From NCBI GenBank assembly GCA_963827275.1, contig CAWHAA010000004.1, forward strand, positions 96,001 to 160,000: a stretch of 64,000 bases of DNA. Reading direction: 5' to 3'. Shown one piece after another: positions 51,324 to 60,991 of the stretch. The notes beneath the pieces are model-generated. The model saw only the letters and a program-made list of their open reading frames with translations. It had not been told where the DNA came from and made no database searches. The DNA is from an uncultured Spirochaetota bacterium (GTDB taxonomy: Bacteria; Spirochaetota; UBA4802; UBA5550). The number at the start of each line of letters is the position of its first letter. The first letter of the stretch is position 1. The position numbers and the translations under genes are program-made.

Positions 51324-52625
51324 ATGTCATTACGTGCAATAGCAATTATGTATGTTCTATTGATCGTATGCGGGGACTGCGCATATTCGGAATCGTTTAT
51401 AAAAGGAAAGGATGCCGGAAACCGGCAGGGCATGAACGATGATGCGCGCAGTGCCGCTGCAAATAAAGCGCCCGCCGGTGCCCCCCTGTTTTCCGATGAC
51501 GTGATGGCCCCCTGGGAGGGCGGCGCCGCGTATTACGCCAGGTGGCCGAACGGTCCGTCAACCGACCCGAAATTTTTTCCCATCGCGGTCTGGCTGCAGC
51601 AGCCCTTCAACGCGGATTCTTTCAGGGAGCTGGGCTTCAATACGTATGTCGGATTATGGGAAGGCCCGACCGCAGAACAGCTCCGGCAGCTGTCGGAGCG
51701 CACGGTCCCCGTATTCTGCTCGCAGAACAGCGTCGGCCTGGGCAGGACCGATACCGCTGTCATAAAGGGATGGATGCATCTTGACGAGCCGGACAACGCG
51801 CAGCCGGACGGGAAGGGCGGGTACGGTCCGCCGATATCCGCAAGGACCGTCATCGACGGCTATCAGAAGATGAGGGCGGCCGACCGGACGCGCCCGGTGC
51901 TTCTCAACCTGGGCCAGGGCGTTGCCTGGGACGGCTGGTATGGCCGCGGCGTGCGCACCAATCATCCGGAGGATTACGCGGAATACGCCAGGGGCGCCGA
52001 TATCCTCTCGTTCGATATCTACCCCGTAAACATGAAGGACGCCCCCGTGAATGAAAAACTCTGGCTGGTTGCCCGCGGGGTGGACCGGTTGCGCAAGTGG
52101 GGCAATTACAAAAAGCCGGTATGGAACTGGATCGAGTGCACCGATTTCAACGGTTCCGGGAGAAAGCCGAAGCCGGTTGAGGTAAAAGCCGAGGTCTGGA
52201 TGTCTATCATTCATGGCACGAGGGGCATCGGTTACTTCGTGCATGTATTCGCGCCTTCGTTCATAGAGGCGGGATTGCTGAGTGATGCGGAGATGAGCGC
52301 CGCGGTCAGGGCAATCAACCGCCAGATCGCCGCCCTCGCGCCCGTCCTGAACAGGCCATCGGTCGCAAACGGGGTCACCGTTTCAAGCGGCAACGCCGCG
52401 GTGCCGGTCGACGTGATGCTCAAGCGCTTCAACGGGGAGACCTACCTGTTTGCCGTCGCAATGAGGCCGGGCCGGACTACGGCGACCTTTCGTTTTCGCG
52501 GGTTCCCGAAAAATGCAACCGCCGAGGTGCTGGGAGAGCGGCGCGCACGAACGGTGTCGGGCGGTATCATGACCGATACGTTTACTGACTACGGTGTGCA
52601 CCTGTACCGGGTCAGCTTCAGGTAG
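51324..52625 (+). CDS. Secreted glycoside-hydrolase-like (TIM-barrel) protein
   Basis: Signal-like N-terminus; GFNTY, WMHLDEPD, FDIYP, PVWNWIE and GIGYF clan-A-like pattern. Confidence 0.62.
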   Translation: MSLRAIAIMYVLLIVCGDCAYSESFIKGKDAGNRQGMNDDARSAAANKAPAGAPLFSDDVMAPWEGGAAYYARWPNGPSTDPKFFPIAVWLQQPFNADSFRELGFNTYVGLWEGPTAEQLRQLSERTVPVFCSQNSVGLGRTDTAVIKGWMHLDEPDNAQPDGKGGYGPPISARTVIDGYQKMRAADRTRPVLLNLGQGVAWDGWYGRGVRTNHPEDYAEYARGADILSFDIYPVNMKDAPVNEKLWLVARGVDRLRKWGNYKKPVWNWIECTDFNGSGRKPKPVEVKAEVWMSIIHGTRGIGYFVHVFAPSFIEAGLLSDAEMSAAVRAINRQIAALAPVLNRPSVANGVTVSSGNAAVPVDVMLKRFNGETYLFAVAMRPGRTTATFRFRGFPKNATAEVLGERRARTVSGGIMTDTFTDYGVHLYRVSFR

Positions 52626-52698
52626 GGCGCAACAGTCGCGGGTGACGGCGGGACTTCTGGCGCTGTCCCGTGCGGCCCTGCATGACGGATGAATTGAT

Positions 52699-54405
52699 AT
52701 GACCGAACCGACACGTACTCATGGTCTTGCGCGCAAGGCAGGCGTTCCAGGCGGAGGAAAAGCCCCCGGTGTACGGGTTGCCGCCTTCGTCCTGCTCCTG
52801 TTCGCGGTCACGCTGGCGCTCCACGCGCTTGAATTCCGCGCCGCAGCATGGAGCATCGATGAATACATCTTCGCCACCGGCGGCCAGAAGATAGTATCGG
52901 GCGGCATGCTGTACAGGGATTTTGGCGACAACAAGCCCCCCCTCATCTATTACACCAACGCTCTGCTGTACTGGCTGTCCGGTGAAGATTTCCTGAACTT
53001 TTTTTTCATATCAAAATTCGCGACCATTCTGGTCATATTTCTGACCGGGCTGGCCTTCTATGCTGCCGGTAAAAACCTGGGCGGGAAAAATCTCGGCATG
53101 GTTTCCGCCCTGTTCTACGTCGCCTACAGCATCTGCGGTCCGTCGGGGGAGATGCTCGGCGGGAGGACGGAGATCTATTCAACCCTCCTGGCGGTCGCCA
53201 GCATCTATTTCTTCTCCCGTGACGGCTTTTCCTTGCGGATCATGAACATGCTGCTCTCCGGATTTCTTCTTTCTATAGCCACGATATACAACGCCAAATT
53301 CGGCGTTGCCGGTGTCGCGTACCTGCTTTTCATCGCGTATAAACGCCGGACTGTCAGGGGGGCAGTCCCCCCGGCGGCGTCGCTCGGGGCGGCCTATGTT
53401 CCGCTGCTGGCAGCGGTGCCGGTCTGCTTTTACCTCCTGGGCGTGAATGAGTATTACCGCTTCTGGCAGTCCACGGTGTTCAAACATTACCTGGAGGTGT
53501 TGCCGTTCTACTACCTGGTCCCCGCGGGGCTGCTGGTGCTTGTTTTCCTGGCCGGTATTGCGCCGCTCTCGGTTTTTTCTTTTTACCGGATTGTTTCCAC
53601 CCTCCGGATGAATTCCAAAAGCGGCAACAGGTCTGCAAAAAAAGGCGACGGCGGGGCGCCGGGTATCATGCGGCGCGCGGCCGGTTTTTTCAGGAGGCTC
53701 GGGGCACGGGACCCCCGCTACGATGTGTCTGTTTTCCTCATTCTGCTCCTGCTCGTCCAGTTCCTCTCGTTTTTCGTGGGCGGGATCCCGGGCGTCCGGT
53801 ATTTTTACATGATGCTTATCCCGATATGCTTTCTCGCCGCGCAGGGCCTCTTTGATGTCTATGGGGCCATCAGGGACGCATTGTCCGCGGGGGCCCTCTC
53901 CCGGGTGTTGAACGCCATCCTGGTACTGTTTCTTGTCGGCCCGCCGGTCTTCTTTTTCATGATGCACTATAATTCCCGTAAAGAGCTGCTGATTGAATCA
54001 ATGCAGCAGCACCGGGACGCCGTTGAATATATACGGCTCACCACCGATCCCGGTCAGCGGATATTCGTGTGGTCCAACATGCAGCCGATCTATCTCTACT
54101 CGGGAAGGACGGTCTCGACGTCGATGGTCTATCCGACGGAATTTCTTGCCCGCTACTATTATTTTACCGGGGAGTTCCGCCGCGACACCACGGCCTGGGA
54201 CATATTTTTCAGGCAGCTGGAATCAGACCCGCCCGTCCTGATACTCGATAACACCGGGAATTTTATTACGCGGGATACGGTCCTCTATGCGAAAAAAAAC
54301 AGGTATGTGGACGTTAAGCTGGAAGAATTCAGACGGTATGTTGGCAATAAATACGAATACAAGGCCACGCTCAGCGGGTTCCGGATATACAGGAGAAGAC
54401 CGTAA
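52699..54405 (+). CDS. GT-C fold membrane glycosyltransferase (ArnT/PMT-like)
   Basis: DE motif after the first TM, LYRD..DNKPP, many TM helices, RY loop and periplasmic C-terminus. Confidence 0.78.
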   Translation: MTEPTRTHGLARKAGVPGGGKAPGVRVAAFVLLLFAVTLALHALEFRAAAWSIDEYIFATGGQKIVSGGMLYRDFGDNKPPLIYYTNALLYWLSGEDFLNFFFISKFATILVIFLTGLAFYAAGKNLGGKNLGMVSALFYVAYSICGPSGEMLGGRTEIYSTLLAVASIYFFSRDGFSLRIMNMLLSGFLLSIATIYNAKFGVAGVAYLLFIAYKRRTVRGAVPPAASLGAAYVPLLAAVPVCFYLLGVNEYYRFWQSTVFKHYLEVLPFYYLVPAGLLVLVFLAGIAPLSVFSFYRIVSTLRMNSKSGNRSAKKGDGGAPGIMRRAAGFFRRLGARDPRYDVSVFLILLLLVQFLSFFVGGIPGVRYFYMMLIPICFLAAQGLFDVYGAIRDALSAGALSRVLNAILVLFLVGPPVFFFMMHYNSRKELLIESMQQHRDAVEYIRLTTDPGQRIFVWSNMQPIYLYSGRTVSTSMVYPTEFLARYYYFTGEFRRDTTAWDIFFRQLESDPPVLILDNTGNFITRDTVLYAKKNRYVDVKLEEFRRYVGNKYEYKATLSGFRIYRRRP

Positions 54406-54506
54406 GGAGGGGAACCGGACGCTCCGCGCCGTCACCCGGCAGTGTCAGAGCCGGGAGGCCGGCGCACAACGCCCGTGTTTCCTGGAAAGCGGCCTCTGCC
54501 GGGCGC

Positions 54507-55655
54507 TCACTCGCCGCCCAGTATCAGCTCGTTCACCGTGCGGGAGACCTGCGTTGCTTCGTCATCCGAATAGTTATCGGACCCATCGTTCATCTTGCCC
54601 ATGCTGAGCATGCCTGACCCCGAGTACACGTATACATAGCAGGTGTCGATGGCGCTGCTGCTCAGCTGCTTGTACATGATCATTTTATGGATGGTGCCGT
54701 CATCGTTGAACTCATATCTGAATTTAATAAGAGTAAGATAGGTTTTTCCCAATAAGCCTAAATCGAGATAGAGGAGTTTGAGTTTTATTTCAAGGGTCTG
54801 CCGCTCGCCTGAGTCGTCCCAGGTAAGGGTTGATGAGGATCCCATGTATAATTCCTGCGTTTCCTCCTCGTTGCTGTAGCTTTTCATCCCTGACAGGCGG
54901 CCGTTCCCGTCATAGCTGAATACATAGACGTTCTTGAATGTCGTCTCGTCATCGGAATAGTTGGTAGCGCGCTCCATCTTCCCCGCCGCGTTGTAGGTGT
55001 AGCGGGTCGTTTTTACGAGCACGTCGTCTCCGGTCCCGAATTCCCCGTCGGTACCGGCCTGGTAGGTGTAGCTTTTGGTCTTGAGATTGTTCTCAACGAT
55101 GAAGTCCGTCCTGACGCTCGGCGTAACGCCGAAATCGCTGTAGCTGATCTGGCGGTACAGTCCGTCCATGCCCGTCGTTTCGAAATAGCCGTACAGCGGG
55201 TCAATCGTGTCGTCGGAAGTCATCCACTGCCCGTCCGTTCCCGCTGCAACCGATGACGACATCTTTTTTAACGCCCAGAACTGTGTAAGGAGGGGATTTT
55301 GCTTAACGTATGGCATCGGATCGGACAGGTGTGCGAGCAGTCCCGCTATGTCAACTTCAAGCTCGACGCCCGCGTACATTTCGTACATGGACGTCATGTT
55401 CGGCTGCGAGCTCTGGACTCCCATGTTCATGATCACCTGCTCGGACGCGCCGATGACCTGGCCCTCCATGTTATAGGTGGTGGATTTCATTTTAATGGGC
55501 ATGGTCGAGATGCATCCCCCCCCGACCATCAGGGCGTCTGCAGGGATGGGATCTTGTTTGTCGTAATCCATGTCGCAGGAAATGGTGCCGGCCGCGCACA
55601 GCACTGTGATGAGAAGCAATGCCTTTAGATGTTTTATCATGACAGCAATCCTCAT
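54507..55655 (-). CDS. Lipoprotein with YD/RHS-like beta repeats
   Basis: Lipobox-like GTISC; YTYNAAG, FSYDGNG and YEFNDDG; two AGTDG...T.DD motifs. Confidence 0.7.
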   Translation of the reverse strand: MRIAVMIKHLKALLLITVLCAAGTISCDMDYDKQDPIPADALMVGGGCISTMPIKMKSTTYNMEGQVIGASEQVIMNMGVQSSQPNMTSMYEMYAGVELEVDIAGLLAHLSDPMPYVKQNPLLTQFWALKKMSSSVAAGTDGQWMTSDDTIDPLYGYFETTGMDGLYRQISYSDFGVTPSVRTDFIVENNLKTKSYTYQAGTDGEFGTGDDVLVKTTRYTYNAAGKMERATNYSDDETTFKNVYVFSYDGNGRLSGMKSYSNEEETQELYMGSSSTLTWDDSGERQTLEIKLKLLYLDLGLLGKTYLTLIKFRYEFNDDGTIHKMIMYKQLSSSAIDTCYVYVYSGSGMLSMGKMNDGSDNYSDDEATQVSRTVNELILGGE

Positions 55656-55786
55656 TTTTATATGTTTTTTATATGTTTAATCACTTTTACAATCTTCATA
55701 AATTGATTTTAAAAATCAATATTAATATTTTTTTTCATATCATTATTGTTAGTTTTCTGCGCCCGGGTGCATTTTGTATACATTTA

Positions 55787-56392
55787 TCATTCTAATAAAT
55801 CTTTCACTGAATCGATACAGGGATCTTCGTTCCTTCCTACCCAGAGGTAGTCGATGCCCGCGTTTAACGCGGCCTCCCGGTCCGAAACGGAATCGCCGAG
55901 GTAGAGGGCCTCGGCTTTTGAAACGCCGAAGCGTTCGATGCACTTGAGGAGCATCTCCGGATGGGGTTTGGGCTCTGCATCCACGGTCGATATCCTGTAT
56001 TGGAACCATCGCTCAAGTCCGAAATGATTGAACAGCCGCTCGAGGGACCTGCCCCGGTTCGTTGCAACGGCGAGAAAAAAACTGCTGCTCAACGCGCCGA
56101 GCACGCTGTTAAAATCAAAGAGGGGATGGACGTCTTTTATGAAGGGAGTGTAGTCCGTCTCCTGGCTTATACGGAAAAGCCGGTCCGCCTCAGCCGGGTC
56201 GCGGATGAGCTCGTAAATGAGCTGGCGGGTGGACATATAGACCACTTTTTCGCGGTCTTCCGGGCGGAGCGGGGGGTAGTCTCCCCGTTCCAGGCAGCGG
56301 TTAAAAAAATTAATGTTGGCGTCATGGGAATCAACCAGGACGCCGTCGCAGTCGAAGATTATGAGGCGCTTCTGCGCCAGGCGGATATTCAT
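55787..56392 (-). CDS. HAD-family hydrolase
   Basis: FDCDGVLVDS, VATN, KPHP and GDS..D motifs. Confidence 0.9.
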   Translation of the reverse strand: MNIRLAQKRLIIFDCDGVLVDSHDANINFFNRCLERGDYPPLRPEDREKVVYMSTRQLIYELIRDPAEADRLFRISQETDYTPFIKDVHPLFDFNSVLGALSSSFFLAVATNRGRSLERLFNHFGLERWFQYRISTVDAEPKPHPEMLLKCIERFGVSKAEALYLGDSVSDREAALNAGIDYLWVGRNEDPCIDSVKDLLE

Positions 56393-56561
56393 CCGGATTT
56401 AACCCTTATATGAATGAATTTATGCCAGTTACACCGCAGTAGTCGGACCATGTCAAAGTAAATCAGGCCAGAATGCCCAAAAAGTCGATTTTTTCTGAAA
56501 AAATCCAAAAAATTTATTGGTGAATAGGCTGTCAATAAGATATTCAAAAAATAATTAATTC

Positions 56562-56590
56562 TTGACAAAAAAAGTCCAGCATAATAATTT
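56562..56590 (+). promoter_or_regulatory. Possible sigma70 promoter for ispE
   Basis: TTGACA, 17-bp spacer, TAATTT; AT-rich upstream. Confidence 0.45.
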
Positions 56591-56622
56591 TGCCTCTCCA
56601 AAAGGACGGGTACAGGGCGCTA

Positions 56623-57534
56623 TTGGCCAATCTGATCAAAGCTTACGCAAAAATCAACCTCCATCTTGAGGTACTGAACCGCAGGGATGACGGGTACCAC
56701 AATATTTTCAGCATGATGGCCAGTGTTGCGCTGCATGATCTTTTAAAACTTGAAGAGAGCGCAGTGGGCGAAGTATCGGGCGGAATCGATATTGCCGTAG
56801 CGGTGCGGGGGGCGGGCGGAACGCACGCGGACATCATTGACGCGATACCCGCGCATGAGAATCTGGTAGCGAAGGCGGCGACCCTGTATTTCGAGCGGAT
56901 GAGGAAGAACGGGAAGGCGGTCTTTTCCATAGAAAAGAACATCCCTTCGGGTGCCGGCCTTGGCGGTGGCAGCGCAGACGCGGCCGCCGCGCTGAAACTG
57001 CTCAATACCCGTTACGGGGCCTTTGCGGAAGAAGAGCTGGCGGAAATCGGTTCACTGATCGGGGCCGATGTGCCGTTTTGCCTGAAGGGGGGAGTCGCGA
57101 TCTGCCGGGGGATCGGTGAGATTGTCATGCCCGTTCCCGGGAGACTGCGGTGCCCGGTCCTGATCGCCAACAACGGTATCCATGTCGATACCGGGCAGGC
57201 CTACCGCTCGCTCCAGAGGAGCGCTGAACCGGAACGGGCCAGGGAATTGGAAACGGGGAAAACGACCCGGCTCCTGACGGGCGCGGTCCTTGCCGGTTCT
57301 CCGGGGAAATTCAGGGAGACCGCGGTGAACGACTTCGAGGGACCGGTGTTCCGGCAGCACCCTGGAATCAGGGACCTGAAGGAGAAGATGTACGCGCTTG
57401 GCGCGGAGTACGCGATAATGACCGGATCCGGCTCGAGCGTGATAGCGCTGTTCACGGAAAAAGAAACGGCGGAGACGGCACGGACGCGGCTTGCGAAAGA
57501 ATGCCGTGAAGTGATACTGACAAGGTTCGCATGA
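56623..57534 (+). CDS. ispE: 4-diphosphocytidyl-2-C-methyl-D-erythritol kinase
   Basis: AKINLHL, RRDDGYH, IPSGAGLGGGSAD, GADVPF, NDFE and MTGSGS; start codon uncertain (TTG). Confidence 0.93.
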   Translation: MANLIKAYAKINLHLEVLNRRDDGYHNIFSMMASVALHDLLKLEESAVGEVSGGIDIAVAVRGAGGTHADIIDAIPAHENLVAKAATLYFERMRKNGKAVFSIEKNIPSGAGLGGGSADAAAALKLLNTRYGAFAEEELAEIGSLIGADVPFCLKGGVAICRGIGEIVMPVPGRLRCPVLIANNGIHVDTGQAYRSLQRSAEPERARELETGKTTRLLTGAVLAGSPGKFRETAVNDFEGPVFRQHPGIRDLKEKMYALGAEYAIMTGSGSSVIALFTEKETAETARTRLAKECREVILTRFA

Positions 57535-57609
57535 CGGGCGCAATTTATAACTGAGTATTCCTTTATGCGTGTGATTGCATGAAGCATTACTCATGTATAA
57601 ATGATACAT

Positions 57610-57680
57610 TGAGGTGTGGCCAAGCGGTAAGGCATCGGGTTTTGGTCCCGTGACCCCAGGTTCGAATCCTGGCACCTCAG
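57610..57680 (+). tRNA. tRNA-Gln (TTG), CCA not encoded
   Basis: Acceptor stem TGAGGTG/CACCTCA, D-arm GCCAAGCGGTAAGGC, anticodon TTG at 57642-57644, T-arm CCAGGTTCGAATCCTGG. Confidence 0.95.
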
Positions 57681-57703
57681 ATTACCGGGCAGGGAGCGGT
57701 CCT

Positions 57704-58444
57704 ATCGAGAATATAACTTCAATTGTGCTGGCAGGCGGAAAGGGCGTACGGATGAAATCCGACCTGCCGAAGGTTCTCCACCCGTTCCTGGGAAAACCGT
57801 TAATTGTCCATGTGCTGGACAATCTTCAGAAAGCCGGCGTGGCCGACACGCATGTCGTTGTCGGGTACCGGGGCGAGCTGGTGATTGAGGCCGTCGCGGG
57901 CCGCGCGAGCCACGTATGGCAGCGCGAACAGCTCGGCACGGGGCACGCGGTGATGCAGGCCGAGAGCGCGCTTGCGGGCTTCAACGGAAAGGTGATCATC
58001 GCCTGCGGCGATGTCCCGCTCATCGGGCCGGATACCTTCCGGGCCCTGGTGGCGGCATCGGGGCAAAACGGCGTGATGGCGGTGGTGCTGACCATGGTGC
58101 TTGAAAATCCATTCGGATACGGAAGGATCATCAAGGACGGGACGGGCCGTTTCGTGCGGATCGTCGAAGAAAAGGACGCGACCCCGGAAGAGAAAAAGGT
58201 CCGCGAGGTCAACTCCGGGACGTATGTTTTCGACAAGAGGCTGTTATTCGAAGGACTGCGTCATATCAATACCAACAACGCGCAGGGCGAGTATTACCTG
58301 CCGGACGCCCTTCAGCATGTTCTTGCCTCCGGGTTTACGGTCGGGACCATGCTCATGGCGGACCCGATCGAGGGAAGCGGCGTGAACACTATCGAGGAGC
58401 TTCAACGGCTGGAAGAATATTGCAGATCAAGGAATAAAGGATAA
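57704..58444 (+). CDS. glmU: UDP-GlcNAc pyrophosphorylase (GlmU N-terminal domain only)
   Basis: LAGGKGVRMKS..PKVLH, QLGTGHA, GDVP, YGRI, VEEKDA and NNAQGEYYL; no hexapeptide acetyltransferase domain; apparent ATC start. Confidence 0.85.
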   Translation: MENITSIVLAGGKGVRMKSDLPKVLHPFLGKPLIVHVLDNLQKAGVADTHVVVGYRGELVIEAVAGRASHVWQREQLGTGHAVMQAESALAGFNGKVIIACGDVPLIGPDTFRALVAASGQNGVMAVVLTMVLENPFGYGRIIKDGTGRFVRIVEEKDATPEEKKVREVNSGTYVFDKRLLFEGLRHINTNNAQGEYYLPDALQHVLASGFTVGTMLMADPIEGSGVNTIEELQRLEEYCRSRNKG

Positions 58445-58450
58445 ACCGGT

Positions 58451-59392
58451 ATGGGTGACAGTTTGCTCAAGTTGTTTTCTGGATCGTCGAATCCGGGCCT
58501 GGCGAAAGAGATCGCGGACTATCTGAATGTCGATCTTTCCAAGGCCGAGCTGAACCGATTCAAGGACGGAGAGATTTCGGTCAAGATAAAGGAGAACGTC
58601 AGGGGACACGATGTGTTTATCATCCAGTCCACCTGCAACCCCACCAACGACCACGTGATCGAGCTGCTCCTGATGATGGACGCGGCGCACCGCGCCTCGG
58701 CCGGAAGGATCACCGCGGTGATCCCCTATTTCGGGTATGCCCGGCAGGACCGCAAGGTGGAGCCGCGGGTCCCGATATCGTCAAAGGTGATGGCCAATAT
58801 CATAACGGTGGCCGGCGCCGACCGGGTCCTGACAATGGAGCTTCATGCCGAGCAGATCCAGGGGTTTTTTGACATACCGGTCGACAACCTGTATTCCAAG
58901 CCCGTTGCGATCGATTATATCAAGGGGCTGCACGTGAAGGACGTGGTGATGGTCTCTCCCGATTCGGGCGGGGCCGAGCGCGCACGGTCCTATGCGAAGA
59001 ACATCAACGCCGGGCTGGCCATCATTGACAAGCGGCGGCCGGAGCCGAACGTCGCAGAAGTGCAGTACGTTATCGGCGATGTAAAAGGAAAGAACTGCAT
59101 CCTGGTGGACGACATGGTCGATACCGGGGGCTCGATCTCCAAGGCGGCCGGGGCCCTCCGGGACCAGGGCGCGAAGGACGTGTACTGTCTCTTTACGCAC
59201 CCGGTGCTGTCGGGCGACGCCATCGACAAGATGGAAACGGCCGGTTTCAAGGAGATAATTTTTACGAATACCATACCGTACCGCGCCTCCCGCGAAATGA
59301 AGGGGATGAAGGTACTGTCGATCGCTCCCCTTTTCGGCGAGGCGATCCGGAGGATCCATAACGGGGAATCGGTAAGTTCCCTGTTCGTATAA
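58451..59392 (+). CDS. prs: Ribose-phosphate pyrophosphokinase
   Basis: PYFGYARQDR, SPDSGG and VDDMVDTGGS motifs. Confidence 0.97.
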   Translation: MGDSLLKLFSGSSNPGLAKEIADYLNVDLSKAELNRFKDGEISVKIKENVRGHDVFIIQSTCNPTNDHVIELLLMMDAAHRASAGRITAVIPYFGYARQDRKVEPRVPISSKVMANIITVAGADRVLTMELHAEQIQGFFDIPVDNLYSKPVAIDYIKGLHVKDVVMVSPDSGGAERARSYAKNINAGLAIIDKRRPEPNVAEVQYVIGDVKGKNCILVDDMVDTGGSISKAAGALRDQGAKDVYCLFTHPVLSGDAIDKMETAGFKEIIFTNTIPYRASREMKGMKVLSIAPLFGEAIRRIHNGESVSSLFV

Positions 59393-59463
59393 TACGCTGG
59401 CGGCCGCGGGGAACAGGGGCCGCGTCATGAAACAAAGATGAAAAATACAACACGAGGATAATC

Positions 59464-60171
59464 ATGGAAGCTAAAAGTCTGACAATCGAACCGAGGACCG
59501 ATTTAGGCAAAAACGCCAGTAACAGGATCAGGAGCAACGGTTTCATTCCCGCGGTCCTGTACTCGCACGGGGAAAGCGAGGTGGTCCAGATCCCCCGCAA
59601 GGAATTTTTCAAGCTGTTCAAGGGAAGGATATCCGAGAGCGTGATATTCGACATACACAGCAAGGAAAAGAAGGACGATGAGAGGATGGCGTACGTCAAG
59701 GACTACCAGATGGACCCGGTGTCGGGCGAGATACTTCATGTCGACCTGTTCCGCGTAACGAAGGGCGAGAAGATCCACACCCATGTGCCCATCGAGTTCG
59801 TCGGCACCCCGAAGGGGGTCAAGCTGGGGGGCATCCTCGAAGTTGACCTCCGGGAAATCGAAGTTGAATGTCTCCCGAAAGACCTGCCGGAAAAGATACA
59901 GATCGATGTCTCCACTATGGAAGTCGGCGATTCGTACCACGTCAAGGACGTTGTCGTGGCCGAAGGCGTCAAGGTCATGGGGAACCTGGAAGCCTCAGTC
60001 GCTTCGGTCCACGTGCCCAAGGTCACCGCTGAGAAAGTTGAGGAAGCTGTCCCGGCTGAAGGCGAGGCCGCTGCCGCCGCCGAGGGCGAAGGCAAGGATG
60101 CCAAGAAGGCTGAAGGCGAGGAGAAGTCCGATAAAGGCAAGGAGAAATCCGATAAAGGGAAAGACAAGTAA
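59464..60171 (+). CDS. rplY: 50S ribosomal protein L25 (Ctc form)
   Basis: IPAVLY, HVDL, GVKLGG and P..LP..I.ID; acidic/basic tail. Confidence 0.95.
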   Translation: MEAKSLTIEPRTDLGKNASNRIRSNGFIPAVLYSHGESEVVQIPRKEFFKLFKGRISESVIFDIHSKEKKDDERMAYVKDYQMDPVSGEILHVDLFRVTKGEKIHTHVPIEFVGTPKGVKLGGILEVDLREIEVECLPKDLPEKIQIDVSTMEVGDSYHVKDVVVAEGVKVMGNLEASVASVHVPKVTAEKVEEAVPAEGEAAAAAEGEGKDAKKAEGEEKSDKGKEKSDKGKDK

Positions 60172-60240
60172 ATTCGCTTTTGTTCGATTACTGCACCCGG
60201 CCGCAGGGCCGAGATCATGGTACGTAAGGGAGCGGCAGTA

Positions 60241-60867
60241 TTGAAATTAATCGTTGGTTTCGGAAATCCTGGCGAAAAATTTGCGAATAACAGGCAGAAC
60301 ATCGGATTCAAGGTTATCGACATAATCGGGAACAACGAGAACATCGACGTCCGGATCAAGAAAAAGAAATCGGTCATCGGCAGGGGGAAGATACTCGGGA
60401 CCGATGTTGTCCTCCTCAAGCCGCAGACCTTCGTGAATCTCATCGGGGAGTCGGTCCTCTACATCGCCTCCTTCCTTCGCATCAATGTGAGGGACATCCT
60501 CTGCATCGTTGAAGATTCCTCCCTCAAGCTGGGAGACATGCGCGTCGACTACCTTTTTTCCAGCATCGAGCACGCGGGCATCGAATCGATGACCCGCGCC
60601 CTCAAGTCGGAGCGGTTTGCCAAAATCAGGGTCGGCATAGGAACGCCCCCGAAGAACGTCACCATGGAGGAGTACCTGCTGCAGGACTTCACCGATGACG
60701 AGAACCTGATCCTGATCGATGTGCTGAACAAGACCGAAAAGGTCGTGAACATGCTCATCTCCCAGTCGATAGAGGATGTCCAGGAAAAGTACAATCCCGA
60801 GGGCGCCGTCAAGATCAAAAAGAGAAAGGTCAAGGCGGTCCATATCGACCACAGGAAAAAACGCTGA
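60241..60867 (+). CDS. pth: Peptidyl-tRNA hydrolase-like protein with altered active site
   Basis: LIVGFGNPG, LLKPQTF.N..G and RVGIG; canonical position after rplY; catalytic His appears replaced by Gln. Confidence 0.85.
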   Translation: MKLIVGFGNPGEKFANNRQNIGFKVIDIIGNNENIDVRIKKKKSVIGRGKILGTDVVLLKPQTFVNLIGESVLYIASFLRINVRDILCIVEDSSLKLGDMRVDYLFSSIEHAGIESMTRALKSERFAKIRVGIGTPPKNVTMEEYLLQDFTDDENLILIDVLNKTEKVVNMLISQSIEDVQEKYNPEGAVKIKKRKVKAVHIDHRKKR

Positions 60868-60991
60868 CCCGCCCGCCGCGGGGGCCGTCAATAATTATCA
60901 CAATTTTTCTTGACTTAATTGTTCATCCATGCACAATTCCCTCTATACGCCCTTGAAAAAGATTAATAATCTACTACATGGAGTTTTAGCG

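Noticed and set aside
57610..57680. tRNA as an integration site
   Set aside because: Flanked by housekeeping genes; no integrase or duplicated tRNA 3' end seen.
57614..57703. ORF-track N-terminal extension of glmU (MWPSGK...)
   Set aside because: It runs through the tRNA-Gln gene.
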